Origin: Vairimorpha necatrix
Lineage: Eukaryota
Length of the DNA: 64,000 nt
Assembly: GCA_036630325.1 (NCBI GenBank)
Contig: CP142735.1
Span: 434,001 to 498,000 of the forward strand
Direction: 5' to 3'
In this document: positions 11,545 through 23,959 of the stretch, piece after piece
How the letters are laid out: every line of letters starts with the position of its first letter
Numbering within the stretch: the stretch's first letter is position 1
Program-made: the position numbers and the translations under genes
The notes under the pieces: generated by a model
Told to the model about the DNA's origin: nothing
The model's database searches: none
What the model saw: the letters and a program-made list of their open reading frames with translations, nothing else

Positions 11545-14500
11545 ATTTGGCGACAACGTCAGGAACTTTCTCATTTTCAGAAATGAAGAGAAAGATGATC
11601 CACAGCAGTTCTTGGAGGACTTGCAGGATGTGGGGAGGCTGATGGAGTACAGTGAGAGTAAACTTGTACTCCTTTTCAGAATGTCGTTAAAAGATGAAGC
11701 GAGGGATTGGCTGATAGCGCAGCCAATTGGTCTGTCACTTGAAAGACTGAAATTTTTGTTTCAAGAAAGATTTGTGGGTTTTATGGCGATGAAAGTGAGT
11801 ATAGATAAACTTTCCGCCCTTCAATATCATGGTGGATCGCTAATCAACTATCTAGATAAGATGGCGGGATTGGCGCGCAGGGCGAATGTTCCGGAAGGTG
11901 TATTAATTGCTTTTGTACTAAAAGGAATTCCGAACAATATAGCAAATTCGATCTTAATAAATAACAAAGACTCATTATCCTGGGAGTACCTATATAAAGC
12001 CATAAGGAATGTTTTGGAAGTGAATGATACACGTCATAAAGAAATTTCGCGTGGAGATTATGTGGATGTAAAAGCGATTAGCTGCAAGGACCACGATAGA
12101 AAGATTTGGACTTCTAAAAGGAACAAAGAAAAGAGATGTTTTATTTGCGGAAAGAAAGGCCATACAGTAGCACGGTGTAAATTTAATAGTTACCGTAGAG
12201 ATATTAGCGAAGTCAAGAAACCCCAAGAAGAAGGAGAAAATAAGAAGGTGGATGTAAAGGAATTTATTTATAATTACTCTGTTGCAAAAGTCAAGGATGA
12301 TAGGACTACGCTCAAAGAAGCGTCACTAAATAATTCGGAAGTTAAATTTAAAGCGCTCATCGATACTGGTGCTGATATAAATCTAATTAGACCAGAGATT
12401 TTGCCAAATAAAACCGTTGTTAATCGTTCTAAACAACAGCTTAGGGCAGCCAATGGATCGAAAATAAGGATCATTGGAGAAACAGTAGTTAAAATAAAAA
12501 TTGAGGGAATGATATTTGAAGATAAATTTATTATTACTAGGGATATCACAATTCCCTGCATTATAGGACAGGGGTTACTAGACATGTACAAGATAAATTT
12601 AAAATTTGGAAGTAACAAAATGGAAATTGAATCTGGACTTTTGGCAAAGGGAAAAGCCATAGGATATCATAAAATTATCACAAAGAATGATAACCCAATA
12701 CTATCTCAGTTATACAAATTGGGGGGAGCAAAAGAGGATATTGCGTCCCAAATAGTGAAAGAGTATCTAAAACGTGGAATAGTTAGACCAAGTGTAAGCG
12801 CATGGAGAAGCCCGATAATTATAGTCCCTAAAAAGAATGGAGACCACAGATTATGTGTGGATTATCGAAGATTAAATGATGCGACTATTAGAGATGCGTA
12901 TCCAATGCCTAGAGTAGAAGAGTTCATCAACGCTTTAGAGGGTGCAACATATTTTACTAAATTAGACGCTGAATCGGGCTATCACCAAATAGATATGGCG
13001 CCTTGTGATATTGAGAAGACAGCCTTTGCCTGTAGAGAAGGCTTATTTGAATTTACAAAAATGCCATTTGGACTTGTTAATGGTCCAGCTACATTTCAGC
13101 GGGTGATGAATAACATATTGAGGGAATTTTTGTTTAAGTTTGTGGTAGTATATATGGATGATATACTGATTTATAGTAAAACTGAAGAAGATCATAAGAA
13201 AGATGTTCAGATGGTATTAGAGAAGCTCAAGTCGGTAGGACTGAAACTTAATGAGGATAAATGCGAATTTAATAAGACCGAATTAAAAATTTTAGGTCAT
13301 GTGATATCAAAAGAGGGAATAAGTGTGGACGAAGAAAGGGTTAGGAGCATTCAACAGTTACCAATTCCTAAAAGTAAGAAGAAATTACAATCTTTGTTGG
13401 GGCTGTATAATTATTGCTCTAAATTTATTAAAAACAGCCATAAAGTGGTTAGCCCACTATTCGATATAATAAGACTCAAGAATGAGGACGCTGATATTTT
13501 TTGGAAAAATGCAGAGAATGATGCAAAATACTGCAAGGCAATCGAAGAGGTAAAACAGGCTATGAAGAGAACAGCTTTATTGACAATTCCAAATTTAAAG
13601 GATAAATTTATATTGACTACGGATGCATCGAATGAGGGAAGTGGGGCAACATTGGCTCAGATGGTCGGAGGAAAAGAAAAGATTATTTCTTATTACAGCT
13701 CTTTACACTCCAAGACAGAAAAAAACTATTCTACTACTGAGCAAGAATTGCTAGCAGTTATAAAATCGATCCAAAACTTCAGGGAATATTTATTATTGGG
13801 GAAATTTACGCTAAAAACGGATCATCAGGCTTTAAAATATTTGTTTAAGTCTAGGAATGTAAAAGCTAGGTTGGCTAGATGGTCATTACTGCTACAAGAA
13901 TATGATTTCGACATTGAATATATTACAGGACCATCAAACCATACAGATCACCTAAGCAGAGATTTTAAAAAACAGGAGGAAATAGTTTCAGAAATAAGTT
14001 CAATACAAAGGAAAATAGTTAAAAAAGAAAGGACAATAGTGCTATTAAAGTTTTACCATGATTTATTAGGGCATGGATCAAAACAAAATATGAAATATAA
14101 TATTGGTCGAAAATTTACTTGGAAGAATATGAATAGAGACATAGAAAATTATGTAGATAATTGTGAAATTTGTCAAAAAGAAAAACCTCAGAGAAAATTT
14201 AGAGATATTGTACCATTAGTAACAAAGACAATAGGAGAAATCTGGGAAGTAGACATAGTAGGGCCCTTGAGAGAAAGCGAGCAAGGATATAAATTTTTAT
14301 TGACAATGATTGATCACTTTTCGAAAATTGCAGAGGTGGTGCCGATTTATACAAAAGATATGAATACGGTTATTTATCTGATAGATAAACATATAGTCAG
14401 GAAGTATGGTATTCCAAAGGCCATTTTATCTGATAATGGTAAAGAATTCAGAAATAATATCTGTGAGGAATATGCGAGATCCAAAAAATTCATCTGGAAA

Positions 14501-15016
14501 TATGGTTCCCCTTATAAACCTACAACCACGGGGCTTGTTGAGAGGTTTAACAGAACAATAGCCATAAAATTAAGGAAGGTTACAGAATTTGGGAAATTTG
14601 ATTGGGCGAAATGTGTCCCTAAAGTAGTCCGAGCTTATATGCAATCATTTCATAGGGCTATAGGGTGTGCACCAATAGAACTCTTAACAGGAATAGTTCC
14701 AAATAAGATAGATATACAGGAAGGAATGCATCTAACAAAAGATAAGAAAGAGTTTCAGAAGCAGGCGATTAAGAATTTGGAAGTTTACAGACAAGAATAT
14801 GACACGGGAAATAAAGCTAATGCTGTTGATAAGGATGCCATTAAGGTGGGAGATAGAGTTTGGTATCATTTAATTTTACCGTTTAGAGGAAAACTCGAAC
14901 CAAAATGGGAAGAAAAAGGAGTGGTAGTAGATAAAAAATTTCATTCATATAAAGTTTTATTAGATAATGGAAAGACTGTTACAGCAAGTCGAAATCATGT
15001 TAAGCTTTTAAAGTAG
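11528..15016 (+). CDS. gag-pol: Gag-Pol polyprotein of element C (ATG inside the LTR)
   Basis: CFICGKKGHTVARC, LIDTGAD, YMDD, TDAS, HHCC, and D-SDNG-E integrase motifs in Gypsy order. ATG is preceded by CCC. Confidence 0.95.
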   Translation: MFLSQQFGDNVRNFLIFRNEEKDDPQQFLEDLQDVGRLMEYSESKLVLLFRMSLKDEARDWLIAQPIGLSLERLKFLFQERFVGFMAMKVSIDKLSALQYHGGSLINYLDKMAGLARRANVPEGVLIAFVLKGIPNNIANSILINNKDSLSWEYLYKAIRNVLEVNDTRHKEISRGDYVDVKAISCKDHDRKIWTSKRNKEKRCFICGKKGHTVARCKFNSYRRDISEVKKPQEEGENKKVDVKEFIYNYSVAKVKDDRTTLKEASLNNSEVKFKALIDTGADINLIRPEILPNKTVVNRSKQQLRAANGSKIRIIGETVVKIKIEGMIFEDKFIITRDITIPCIIGQGLLDMYKINLKFGSNKMEIESGLLAKGKAIGYHKIITKNDNPILSQLYKLGGAKEDIASQIVKEYLKRGIVRPSVSAWRSPIIIVPKKNGDHRLCVDYRRLNDATIRDAYPMPRVEEFINALEGATYFTKLDAESGYHQIDMAPCDIEKTAFACREGLFEFTKMPFGLVNGPATFQRVMNNILREFLFKFVVVYMDDILIYSKTEEDHKKDVQMVLEKLKSVGLKLNEDKCEFNKTELKILGHVISKEGISVDEERVRSIQQLPIPKSKKKLQSLLGLYNYCSKFIKNSHKVVSPLFDIIRLKNEDADIFWKNAENDAKYCKAIEEVKQAMKRTALLTIPNLKDKFILTTDASNEGSGATLAQMVGGKEKIISYYSSLHSKTEKNYSTTEQELLAVIKSIQNFREYLLLGKFTLKTDHQALKYLFKSRNVKARLARWSLLLQEYDFDIEYITGPSNHTDHLSRDFKKQEEIVSEISSIQRKIVKKERTIVLLKFYHDLLGHGSKQNMKYNIGRKFTWKNMNRDIENYVDNCEICQKEKPQRKFRDIVPLVTKTIGEIWEVDIVGPLRESEQGYKFLLTMIDHFSKIAEVVPIYTKDMNTVIYLIDKHIVRKYGIPKAILSDNGKEFRNNICEEYARSKKFIWKYGSPYKPTTTGLVERFNRTIAIKLRKVTEFGKFDWAKCVPKVVRAYMQSFHRAIGCAPIELLTGIVPNKIDIQEGMHLTKDKKEFQKQAIKNLEVYRQEYDTGNKANAVDKDAIKVGDRVWYHLILPFRGKLEPKWEEKGVVVDKKFHSYKVLLDNGKTVTASRNHVKLLK

Positions 15017-15022
15017 GGGTAG

Positions 15023-15132
15023 TGTAGGAAGTGCTACACATGTCAAATATATTGTGTCATTGTTTTGATATATTTGACATGTCGTTTCTTTAAATATTTT
15101 ATAATAATTAAACCCATGTTTTTATCCCAACA
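15023..15132 (+). repeat. 3' LTR of element C
   Basis: Identical to 11435-11544. Confidence 0.97.
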
Positions 15133-15246
15133 AATATAACTTTAAATGATTCATCTATTTCTAAATTATAATTTTTAATTTTTTAAAATTAATATATTTA
15201 TAAACCTATAAATAACTAAATAAAAAAGGATGATTTTTTTTATAGT

Positions 15247-18200
15247 TGTTGAGATTTAAAAAATTATATTTTATACACTTAATTTTAGAATAAATATGTT
15301 TATGGTGGACACTAAAAAAAACGAGATAAACAAGACAATATAATTTTAAGAATTAAAAGAGCAGGATTCTGAGTAGTTGGGGGGAAATGACCAATGAGGA
15401 GAAGTTAGATTTTTTATAAGCAGACTTAACTCTCATATTTTAGATTGGCATTGTAGGACTTTTGAAGATAAAAGGAAAGCCGCTTTAACGTAAGAAATCT
15501 GGAAAAAGGAAGTGGAACAAGAATTTGAGAATAAAACATTGCTTTTTGACATTTACAATATGAAGCAGAAGGAAGAACAAAAAGTTGTTGATTTTATTAA
15601 AATAGTTTCTAAATGTAATGAAAATGAAATCTCTAATTTATACAGAAGAAAAATTATTAGATCAGGAGTAGATAAGAAGTTAAAAATGATTAAAATTTTT
15701 CTTACGACCCAATATGAGATCGACCAAGAATTTTACGAAATATTTAATGGAATGGTGATCGAAGCATTATTGAATATCAAGTTGGCTGGTTTGAGACTTA
15801 CTAAACAGAACCAACTTAATACATGCTTTAGATGCAGAAGGCCTGGGGACATTTAGCTAAGGATTGCAGGGTAAATCGAAATAATAAACAGGCCAATGAT
15901 GATCAAAGAATCTTTATGAGATTGAAAAGGATAGTCAGAAAGTAGATCAAAGATTTATTACGAATAAAAATAATTTTTATTATGTTGGAACAGAAAAGTG
16001 CCCGTGGTTTTTGATTCGGGCGCGGCCTACAACTTTATCTCTCTTCAAGCTGTCTATGATTTAAAATTGAAACTCAATAAGAATATGAATGTTTTGAAAT
16101 TTTTCACATGTCTTGAAGAAGAATTTTTAGTTGAAAATCATGTTATTGTGGAATACAAATATGGTGATAGAATATTTAAAAGCAGAATGTATGTTTTACC
16201 TAAAGTTAAAAAATTTAAAATATTAATAGGAAAAGATGATATTTGTAAAGTCTTTCGACAACCGAACAATAGAATTTGTGAGATCAATACAAAACCAGGA
16301 GAGAAGGTAATAGAACACGTTTATAGTTTACAAAAGAAATTGGAGGAAGGAATACAAAACTCTATAAATGAGTTATTAAAAAACGGGTATATAAGGAAAT
16401 CTAATTCAACATGGCTAAATAACCTTAGGCCAGTGATCAAACCGGATGGATCCATAAGAGTTACTACGAATTTAATAGCGCTCAACAGATTGGTAGATCT
16501 AGATAATTTTTTTCTCCCCAATATTGAAAGACTTATATACAGTCTTAGAGACAGTAAATATTTTCCAAAAGTGACTTATAAGATGGATTTTTTCAAATTT
16601 AATTAGCCGAAAAAGACAAAAACAAAACTGCTTTCAGATTTAATCATTTATTGTACGAATGGAACGTAATGCCCATGGGGGTTAAAAAATGCTCCAGCCG
16701 TTTTTCAAAGGTTTATGGAAAACGTTTTCGAAGAAGAAATAGGGAAAAATTGCTTTGTCTATGTTGATGACATCCTAATTGTTGGTAGCAATGAAGAAGA
16801 ACGTGATACAAGCTATACAAAGGTTATTAACAAGCTACAAAAATATGAGCTACGAATTAACGAGTCAACGACTATACATAAAAAAGATAACATAGAATTT
16901 TTAGGGCATGTTATTGAATATAACAAGATAAAGCATAAATTTTCGGCTGAACAAGGAATTGAAAATATAGAAAGACCAAATAATAGAAAATCTTGTAAGA
17001 AAATTTCAGGTTTGATTAATATTATCGTAAATTTATTCCACAATGTTCAATAATTTCCGGGCCATTGAATGATTTACTTAAAAAAATATTGTGATTATGT
17101 GGAAAGAGAATGAAGAAAAAGCTTTTAAGAAATTAAAAAATATATTGAGATCACTCGTGGTTCTTTCCCAACCCGATTATAAAAAACCTTACATTTTGAA
17201 ACAGATGCATGCCAACCAGGTATAGAGCTATCTTTTTACAAGATCATGGAAGTGGTCCAGTGCCAATTGCTTTCGCTTCAGGAAAATTGTTACCTGCTGA
17301 AATAAACTATAGAAACAGCGAAAAGGAATGTTTAGCGATATTATGGGGAATGGAACATTTTATATATTTTCTCTATGGAATTGAATTACTGCAAACACTA
17401 ATCACAAGGACCTAGAAGCACTAAATCGGGGAGAGATAAAATCTTTGCGAATCCAACGATGGTTAGACAAACTTACTGAATAAATTATTGTGTTGTATAT
17501 ATAAAAAGAACAAACATTCCACATGTGGATTGCTTATCCAGATCACCAAGACAAGAAATATTAGAGATTAAAAATCTAGAATTAGAAATGACTGAGGAAG
17601 ACAAAAGAAAAATTATCCGTGATAAACACCAAGAACTTATCCATGGAGGTTATAAAGCATTTCAAAATAAACTTAAAAAGAAACACGATTGGAAAAATAC
17701 GAAAACCCTGACTAAAAACGAGCTAAAGAGGTTTATTCGATGTAAAATGTATAACTGAAAGAGAGAAAAGAATTCTATTTGTAAAGTCACCTGCAATTGG
17801 AGAGAAAGTAGCAATAGATATTATTGGTCCAATTAACAACCAAAATATTGTATCTGGGCTTAATTACTTTAGTCGATTCGGATTTGGAAAGGTACTAAGT
17901 TTACGGAGAGTAAGAAAATTGTAAAGTTTTTAGATATGATAAATCAAAAAATTAAGATACATAAACTGATTTTAGATCAATCGGAAGAAAACCTAAGTAA
18001 AGAAATAAGAAGTTGGGCCAAAAATAATAATGTAGAATTACATTATACTTCACCATTTCCCAACAATCCCAATGGAAGAGTGGAAAGATTTAATAGAACA
18101 ATACAAGAAGGAATACACAAACAATAAGGAAAAGAAAATCCTAAAATTAGACTTTCAAAGGTTTTAGATGTATATAACAATGTATATCATAGTAAATTAG

Positions 18201-18566
18201 ATATGTTCCCGAATAAACCTTTACCCCCTACTAATTTTCAAAAGGTCAAAGAAAAAACAATATGAGGAGATTCTAAAATTCAACGAAAGAAATAAAAACC
18301 GAGAAACTAAACCTCATTTTTCAGAGGGAGATAGGGTTATTATAAAAACGGAAACAGGTATCAAAAAGGGAGAACCCAGGTTTAAGGTTAGAGGTTTAAT
18401 TTATAAAGTTTTAAAAACAACACATATCTAGTGAGGACAGGAAACAAAACTATTAAGCGGCATTCTTCTTAGCTGAAATTGATAATGGACGAATGTTTTT
18501 AAGAGAAGGATGTTAAGATTTAAAAAATTAAATTTTATACCCTTAATTTTAGGATAAATATGTTTA
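15247..18566 (+). mobile_element. Degenerate Ty3/Gypsy element D with 56-bp LTRs
   Basis: Direct repeats 15247-15302 and 18511-18566 (4 mismatches), flanks ATAGT/GTAGT, PBS TGGTGGAC, PPT AAGAGAAGGA. Frameshifted fragments: CFRCRRPG, FDSGA, YVDD, ERFNRT. Confidence 0.9.
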
Positions 18567-18605
18567 GTAGTATAAGGGATATACAGAATTAAGAGAAATG
18601 ATAAA

Positions 18606-19252
18606 TGTCATGTATCCGCGGTACATGGACATTTTTATAGTAATTTTCTAAATAGTTTGTATTAAAAATATTTTTATTGGCGGTTCTATTCTTTCTCTCA
18701 TATTCCATACCCTACGAACACAAGCTTTCTTTTATATTTTATTTTTAATTTATTGTTCTTTGTCAACACTAAACACAAACATTGGCGTACTTACGAATGT
18801 AGTAACGACCATTAAACTTTCTGTCAGGCGAAAAACCTACGCTGACAATAAGGATCCCCAAATGTGACTGATTCTTATTTAATATAAATGTGGAGGATGA
18901 TTTAAGTGACAGGTGGTTAATTAATATTGAATACGAACATTTAGAGAGTTACTTTTATTTTAGCAAGTTACACTTTTCGGAATAGACTGTCGAAATGGTC
19001 TATTTCAAATATTTCCTATTTATTTTCCAGCCCTTACCCTTAATCATGGCTACAACTAATAATCCAAATAAATCTATTATTGATGCTCCGTCCTTGTTTT
19101 TAAAATCAGACCTCGTGTCTGATCACACTTTCGTTTGTTTGTCTATGTGATTCATACTGGCAGTCTCTTTGAAATACTTGACATGCCGTTGAACAAATGA
19201 GACAATGGGTGTTTATGACGTCTGCCCATGTGATGTTGTAATGTACATCACA
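18606..19252. repeat. Solo-LTR-like or MITE-like repeat, copy 1, with ~300 bp extra internal sequence
   Basis: Ends TGTCATGTA..TACATCACA, flanks ATAAA/ATTAA. Homologous in inverted orientation to 27968-28324 (shared CTTAC.AATGTAGTAACGACCAT and ACTTTCGTTTGTTT). Confidence 0.55.
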
Positions 19253-19799
19253 ATTAACATTTATGACATTGTGATTTTAAATTGTTTTATAGAAAACTAA
19301 TATTTTTAGACTGTTGTAAATTATTATAATCTATTTAAAACTGTATTTTACGAAAAAATGAATGCTTTGTAAAAAAAGAAGCAAGTTTAAGATTATTCTT
19401 CTAACAATTTAAAAATTGTTGAATTGTAAAAATTTTGAATTTAAGATGCTGCACAAGCGTAATACTTTAAATTTTAAAGTAGCAGAATCATGCACCCATC
19501 AAGAATTCCAAATTGAGCAATTTCGTTCACAGAGGTTTTATACAAAATAACATTTAGATTTTATACTATATTATATATATTATGTATTTAAAAGTAATAT
19601 AATACAAAAACTTTTAAACAGATAATTTTTTTCCCATTTAGTTCGATTATTATAATATAATTGGTTAAATACGTGGTTTAATAACTTAAAAACACAAAAA
19701 ATTAATAAATTCAGTATGTTGTTTGAAATATAATGAAATATTTTAAATACAGAAAAAAATAAAAATAATAATATTAGGGTATGTTTAGTGTAGTTTATA

Positions 19800-20820
19800 C
19801 TTCTAATTTAACAGGAGTAGGTTCGGCGTTAGCGTCTCCCGCTTGTAGGTGACTTCCGGCTCCATAGTCCTTCCCACGTCGGCTTCGTTTCCTCTCCTTC
19901 AGTAGTCCAGAGAAATGCTTTCTGGCGTCTTCTTTAGCGTAATCATCTGAATGTACGTTTCTTATTTATTAGAGATTTTGATTCTTGTGGTGTTAGATTT
20001 GTGAAACTTAGTCACTATACCGTCCCAAATGATTACGTAGAATATTACCTCTGTTTTAAACCCATATATTAAGCATAATCGTCTGCAACGACATTATACT
20101 TGCTTAAATTATCGTTTTCTACTTGTTGTATATTCTATTGTGATGTGACACCCATTTCGATTATTCTGATCAATTTGTTCTTTTTATCTACTACGACAAT
20201 GCCCAAATATTATATTTGATCTATATTTTGTTTTTACTGTCATGTATATCTTTATTTTAACATCTTTATTGGCAACTGAGTATTGTACTTAGTGGTTTCT
20301 TGATCTCTTCCTAGGAGCACTATATTTTTCACACAGTAATAGGGGGATGCATTAAAAATTTCAATATGCCTTCTCATAACATCGCGTCCTGGCATTTTCC
20401 GCCTCTTTTCGTTAGACGATCCACGGTCTTTGATGATTTATTACAATAAGGGCAATTTCTAATTGATCCATTATATATATTTCGGTCTTGTAGGGCACAT
20501 AACTTACTTTCTGTCCTGATATTGGTGAACCTACTTTGAGCCATAGTGATGAATTTTTAGTGTCGACATTTCATTTTATTTCCCCTAAACAACTTTCTAG
20601 GTTCTGTTTAATTATTTATGTTGTTGTATAGAGTATTTGGCCGAGCGCCGCTAATGATTTCTGTTCCACGTCTATTAGCTTATATTTTCCGGATGTATGC
20701 TTTAATAAGAAAAAAAAGTACGTTTTCTTTTTTTTCCTGGTTTAAATAATAGCTCGTCTTATAGGGTAAATATTGATCGTTGTTCGAAGCCGTCCTTATT
20801 TTGAATAGCATGCTTTCACT
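19800..20820 (-). pseudogene. 3' relic of an RLE-type (R4/Dong/R2-like) non-LTR retrotransposon
   Basis: Degraded CPYCNK..TVD knuckle and IIEMGVTS restriction-like endonuclease motif. Confidence 0.65.
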
Positions 20821-21605
20821 CTAATAGGAATATTCATTATATATATTTAATGAAAAATTTTAATATGTATGGATTAAATATATAATGTATATCATAGTAG
20901 TAAAAATAATAGAATAAATATATTTTATTAGAATTATATATATTTTAATTTTTCGGTGAATTCTCTTAGAACCAAGTATTTTCCTTTTTTTAAAAAAAGT
21001 TACCGTATCAAAATTCTCTCAAATAACAGAGTGAAATGTGAAACGGAAGAAGGTACACATATATAATCTATGTCTAGTCTTAAAACTTTAACATTAAAAA
21101 TCGATTTTAAAATTTATTTGTTTCTTTGATTTCTTGGCGCAACGGTCTGTGCCCGGACTTTCCATAATATTTTACGTACTGAATCCGGGCACAAAACGTA
21201 AAGTGTGGAAATGTTTTTTACGAACCATATCACCAAGAGTCGAAAATTTACAGATTTGTTTAAATTTCATTCGCATTAACATTTCTTGAATTATAAACAT
21301 TTTTGTTTTTTAGATAATTTTTTCAAAAATATTTTACCCTTATGGTATGTATGGAGCCGCTTGACAGTAGGTCGAAAATATTCCAAGACCCACATGAGGC
21401 AATATGTTGGTTAGTGGATGAAAATCTACTAAAAACAACAATGGAATGTACGAAATGTCCTGGTATAATGATATTAACACCGGACGATTCGTACATAGAC
21501 TGCCACCGGTTTAAGTGTAGGGAAAAGACGGGGTGTGGAACATCAATCGGAGTTTTTGATAAAACTGCCCTTTCTAATCCCCTTATACCTATGCATAATT
21601 ATTTG

Positions 21606-21810
21606 TGTTACCGGATATGTCAGATCCGCTTGTTATAAGGCTGAAGTGCCTTCCCTAACATTATTGTTTGTTTGTTACTGTCATCGGTTGTCATGTAAAC
21701 AAACAAACAAAGAAAAGTATTTAAAGAAGACCCCTTAAATACGATGCCAAATAAACAGTTGTTAACTAAAAGCAAGTCTTCTCCCAGCACCAACTCTCCC
21801 GCTGGTAACA
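21606..21810 (+). repeat. Solo LTR of the element G family
   Basis: TGTTACC..GGTAACA, TSD ATTTG, roughly 90% identical by eye to the LTRs at 49026 and 52845. Confidence 0.95.
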
Positions 21811-22262
21811 ATTTGTATATTCTGTATTCGTTCACTGAACCCCCGTCTACACTTAACTTAAACAAAAATTCCCGCGTGTCTGCTTCCAGTGTCTTCAGGG
21901 CTAAAAAAAAAATATACGAAGCACGAAAAGGAAAATTACAAACACCAAAAAAAATTGGTGGATTTGAAGAAGTGACACAGACCGATGAAACTGTTATAGT
22001 AAAGTGTAAAATTGTCAAATCTCCTTCAGAAAGATATGACACAGTCAAGAATTGTACGTGGTTGGTTGGGACGATAGACGAGCGAACATTAGAACTGAGA
22101 ATCGAAATAGTACCTAACCGGACTATACAGACGATGACTCGGTTTTTATAAAAAACATAAAAACGACACGATATGCAAAACTGATGGGCATAAATCTTAT
22201 CCCGCAGCAGTAGAATCTATCAACGAATGATCATCGCGTTGTAATTCATGATGAAGGCTTTA

Positions 22263-23643
22263 CAGGGGTTTGCATTTTTTTAGTCCAACTTTTGCATTTT
22301 TTTAGTCCAACTTTTGCATTTTTTTAGTCCAACTTTTGCATTTTTATAGTCCATTTTTTGCATTTTTATAGTCCAACTTTTGCATTTTTATAGTCCATTT
22401 TTTTTTATTTCAATGGCCTTTTTTTTTGAAAAAAAAACCCCCTAATGCCTAGAAAAGCGAGATCTTCGGTAGCTCCTGATGTCTTAAAGCTCATTGAAAG
22501 ACATATAAAAAACGAAAACTTGACCCTAAAAGATATTGCTACAACATTAGATTTAAGTTATAAAACAATTTGGAGGATCCATAGGAAAATGTGTGAGGGA
22601 GAATCCATTGTTTCTACAGGTACAACAAATCGTTCTAAAGTTTCAGCTCATAGAGTTTTAAAGCCTATCGACATTGTTCTTAAAAACGTCATCGCAAGTA
22701 GTAATGACAAGACTCTAAGTGAAATCAAAGAAGAACTTTATACAATAGCGAATGTTTCAATGTCTTTGTCAACTATTTCGAGAAAGTTGAAATATCTAAA
22801 TATTACAAGAAAAAGACTGTCTCTAATTCCCGAAGAGCGTAATTCGCAGGACAAAATTGATAAAAGAGCAGAATATGCTATGGAAATATCAGGATATTCA
22901 CTAGAAAATTTGATTTTTTGGATGAAATTGGATTTAATGCTCATACCACAAGGCATTATGGGTTTTCATAAAAAAAATAAAAAAGCATTTAAAACAGTCC
23001 CTGCAAATCGAGGCAAAAATTTAAGTTGTCTTTGCGTAATTTCAAAATCGAATATTATAGCATACGAAATGAAAAGGGGCGCATATAATTCTGCTCTATT
23101 CGTCGAATTTATTGAAAGGCATCTTGTAGATTTTTTCTAAACAAATCCTCAAAAGAATTTAATAATGGATAATACTAAATTTCATCATTCAAGAGAAGTT
23201 TTGGATAATCTAAGAGAATTAGGCATATCTTATGTTTTTTTGCCTCCGTATTCCCCACAGCTTAATCCCATTGAAGAGTTTTTTCTATGATAAAATCAAG
23301 GTTTTGTGCTATAAGGAACTCAAATAATGCTGTTATAACGGATTTGTAACAGGTGCTGAACGATGATTTCAGCCTTTCGTGTAATGGATTCTACACTAAT
23401 ATGTTAAGATGGTTAAAAATGGCAAGGCAGAAAAACGAGTTTATCTAATTAAATGAGTTTGTATATATTTTTTGCATAATTCTATTGATTTTTGCTTTTT
23501 TATCAAATCTTGGTTTTTTTTTAAAAAAATGGACTATAAAAATGCAAAAAATGGACTATAAAAATGCAAAAGTTGGACTATAAAAAATGCAAAAGTTGGA
23601 CTAAAAAAATGCAAAAGTTGGACTAAAAAAATGCAAACCCCTG
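22263..23643 (+). mobile_element. Tc1/IS630-like DD34E transposon with tandem-repeat TIRs
   Basis: TA TSD, ends CAGGGGTTTGCA..TGCAAACCCCTG, TIRs built of ~22-bp units. Confidence 0.93.
22445..23447 (+). pseudogene. Tc1-like transposase, with frameshifts and an internal stop
   Basis: HTH-like N-terminus. Frameshifted IFLDE. IMDN..LPPYSPQLNPIEE with 34 residues between D and E. Confidence 0.9.
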
Positions 23644-23959
23644 TAAAAACGAAGCAGGCGAAAACACAAACTTCATAGAGGGAGTCTGGTCACATCTTAA
23701 ATGTGATATAATAGCTAGAAAAGGAATTAAAGAAAGTGGAATCCCGGATTTTTTAGAAGAATTTAAATGGAGAAGAAGGCGTGCCATTTATAAAAACATC
23801 AAAAGTTCAAGAGAGTTCTTTATAGAAATTATCAAAATATTCTTAGAATAAAATCCTTTTTTTATTATTTTTTTTCGTTTCTCTCTAAAGGGGGACCCCT
23901 AGAGAGAAATAAAGTCCGGGCACAGACCGTTGCGGCGATTTCTTATTTTTTTTCCGAGG

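Larger units (their letters stand above)
11435..15132 (+). mobile_element. Intact Ty3/Gypsy element C (3698 bp)
   Basis: Identical 110-bp TG..CA LTRs, TSD AATAT, PBS TGGCGACAAC, PPT AAAAGTAGGGGTAG, single uninterrupted ORF. Confidence 0.97.
21136..23936 (+). mobile_element. Merlin (IS1595/ISXO2-like) DNA transposon 1, carrying two nested insertions
   Basis: 26-bp TIRs GGCGCAACGGTCTGTGCCCGGACTTT (25/26), 8-bp TSD GATTTCTT. Split transposase 21342-23851 with CTKC, QTDET, TDGH and NFIEGVW. Confidence 0.93.

Noticed and set aside
22271..22405. Tandem 22-bp repeats resembling a CRISPR array or telomeric repeat
   Set aside because: No spacers and no cas genes. They are mirrored at 23524-23635 as Tc1 TIRs.
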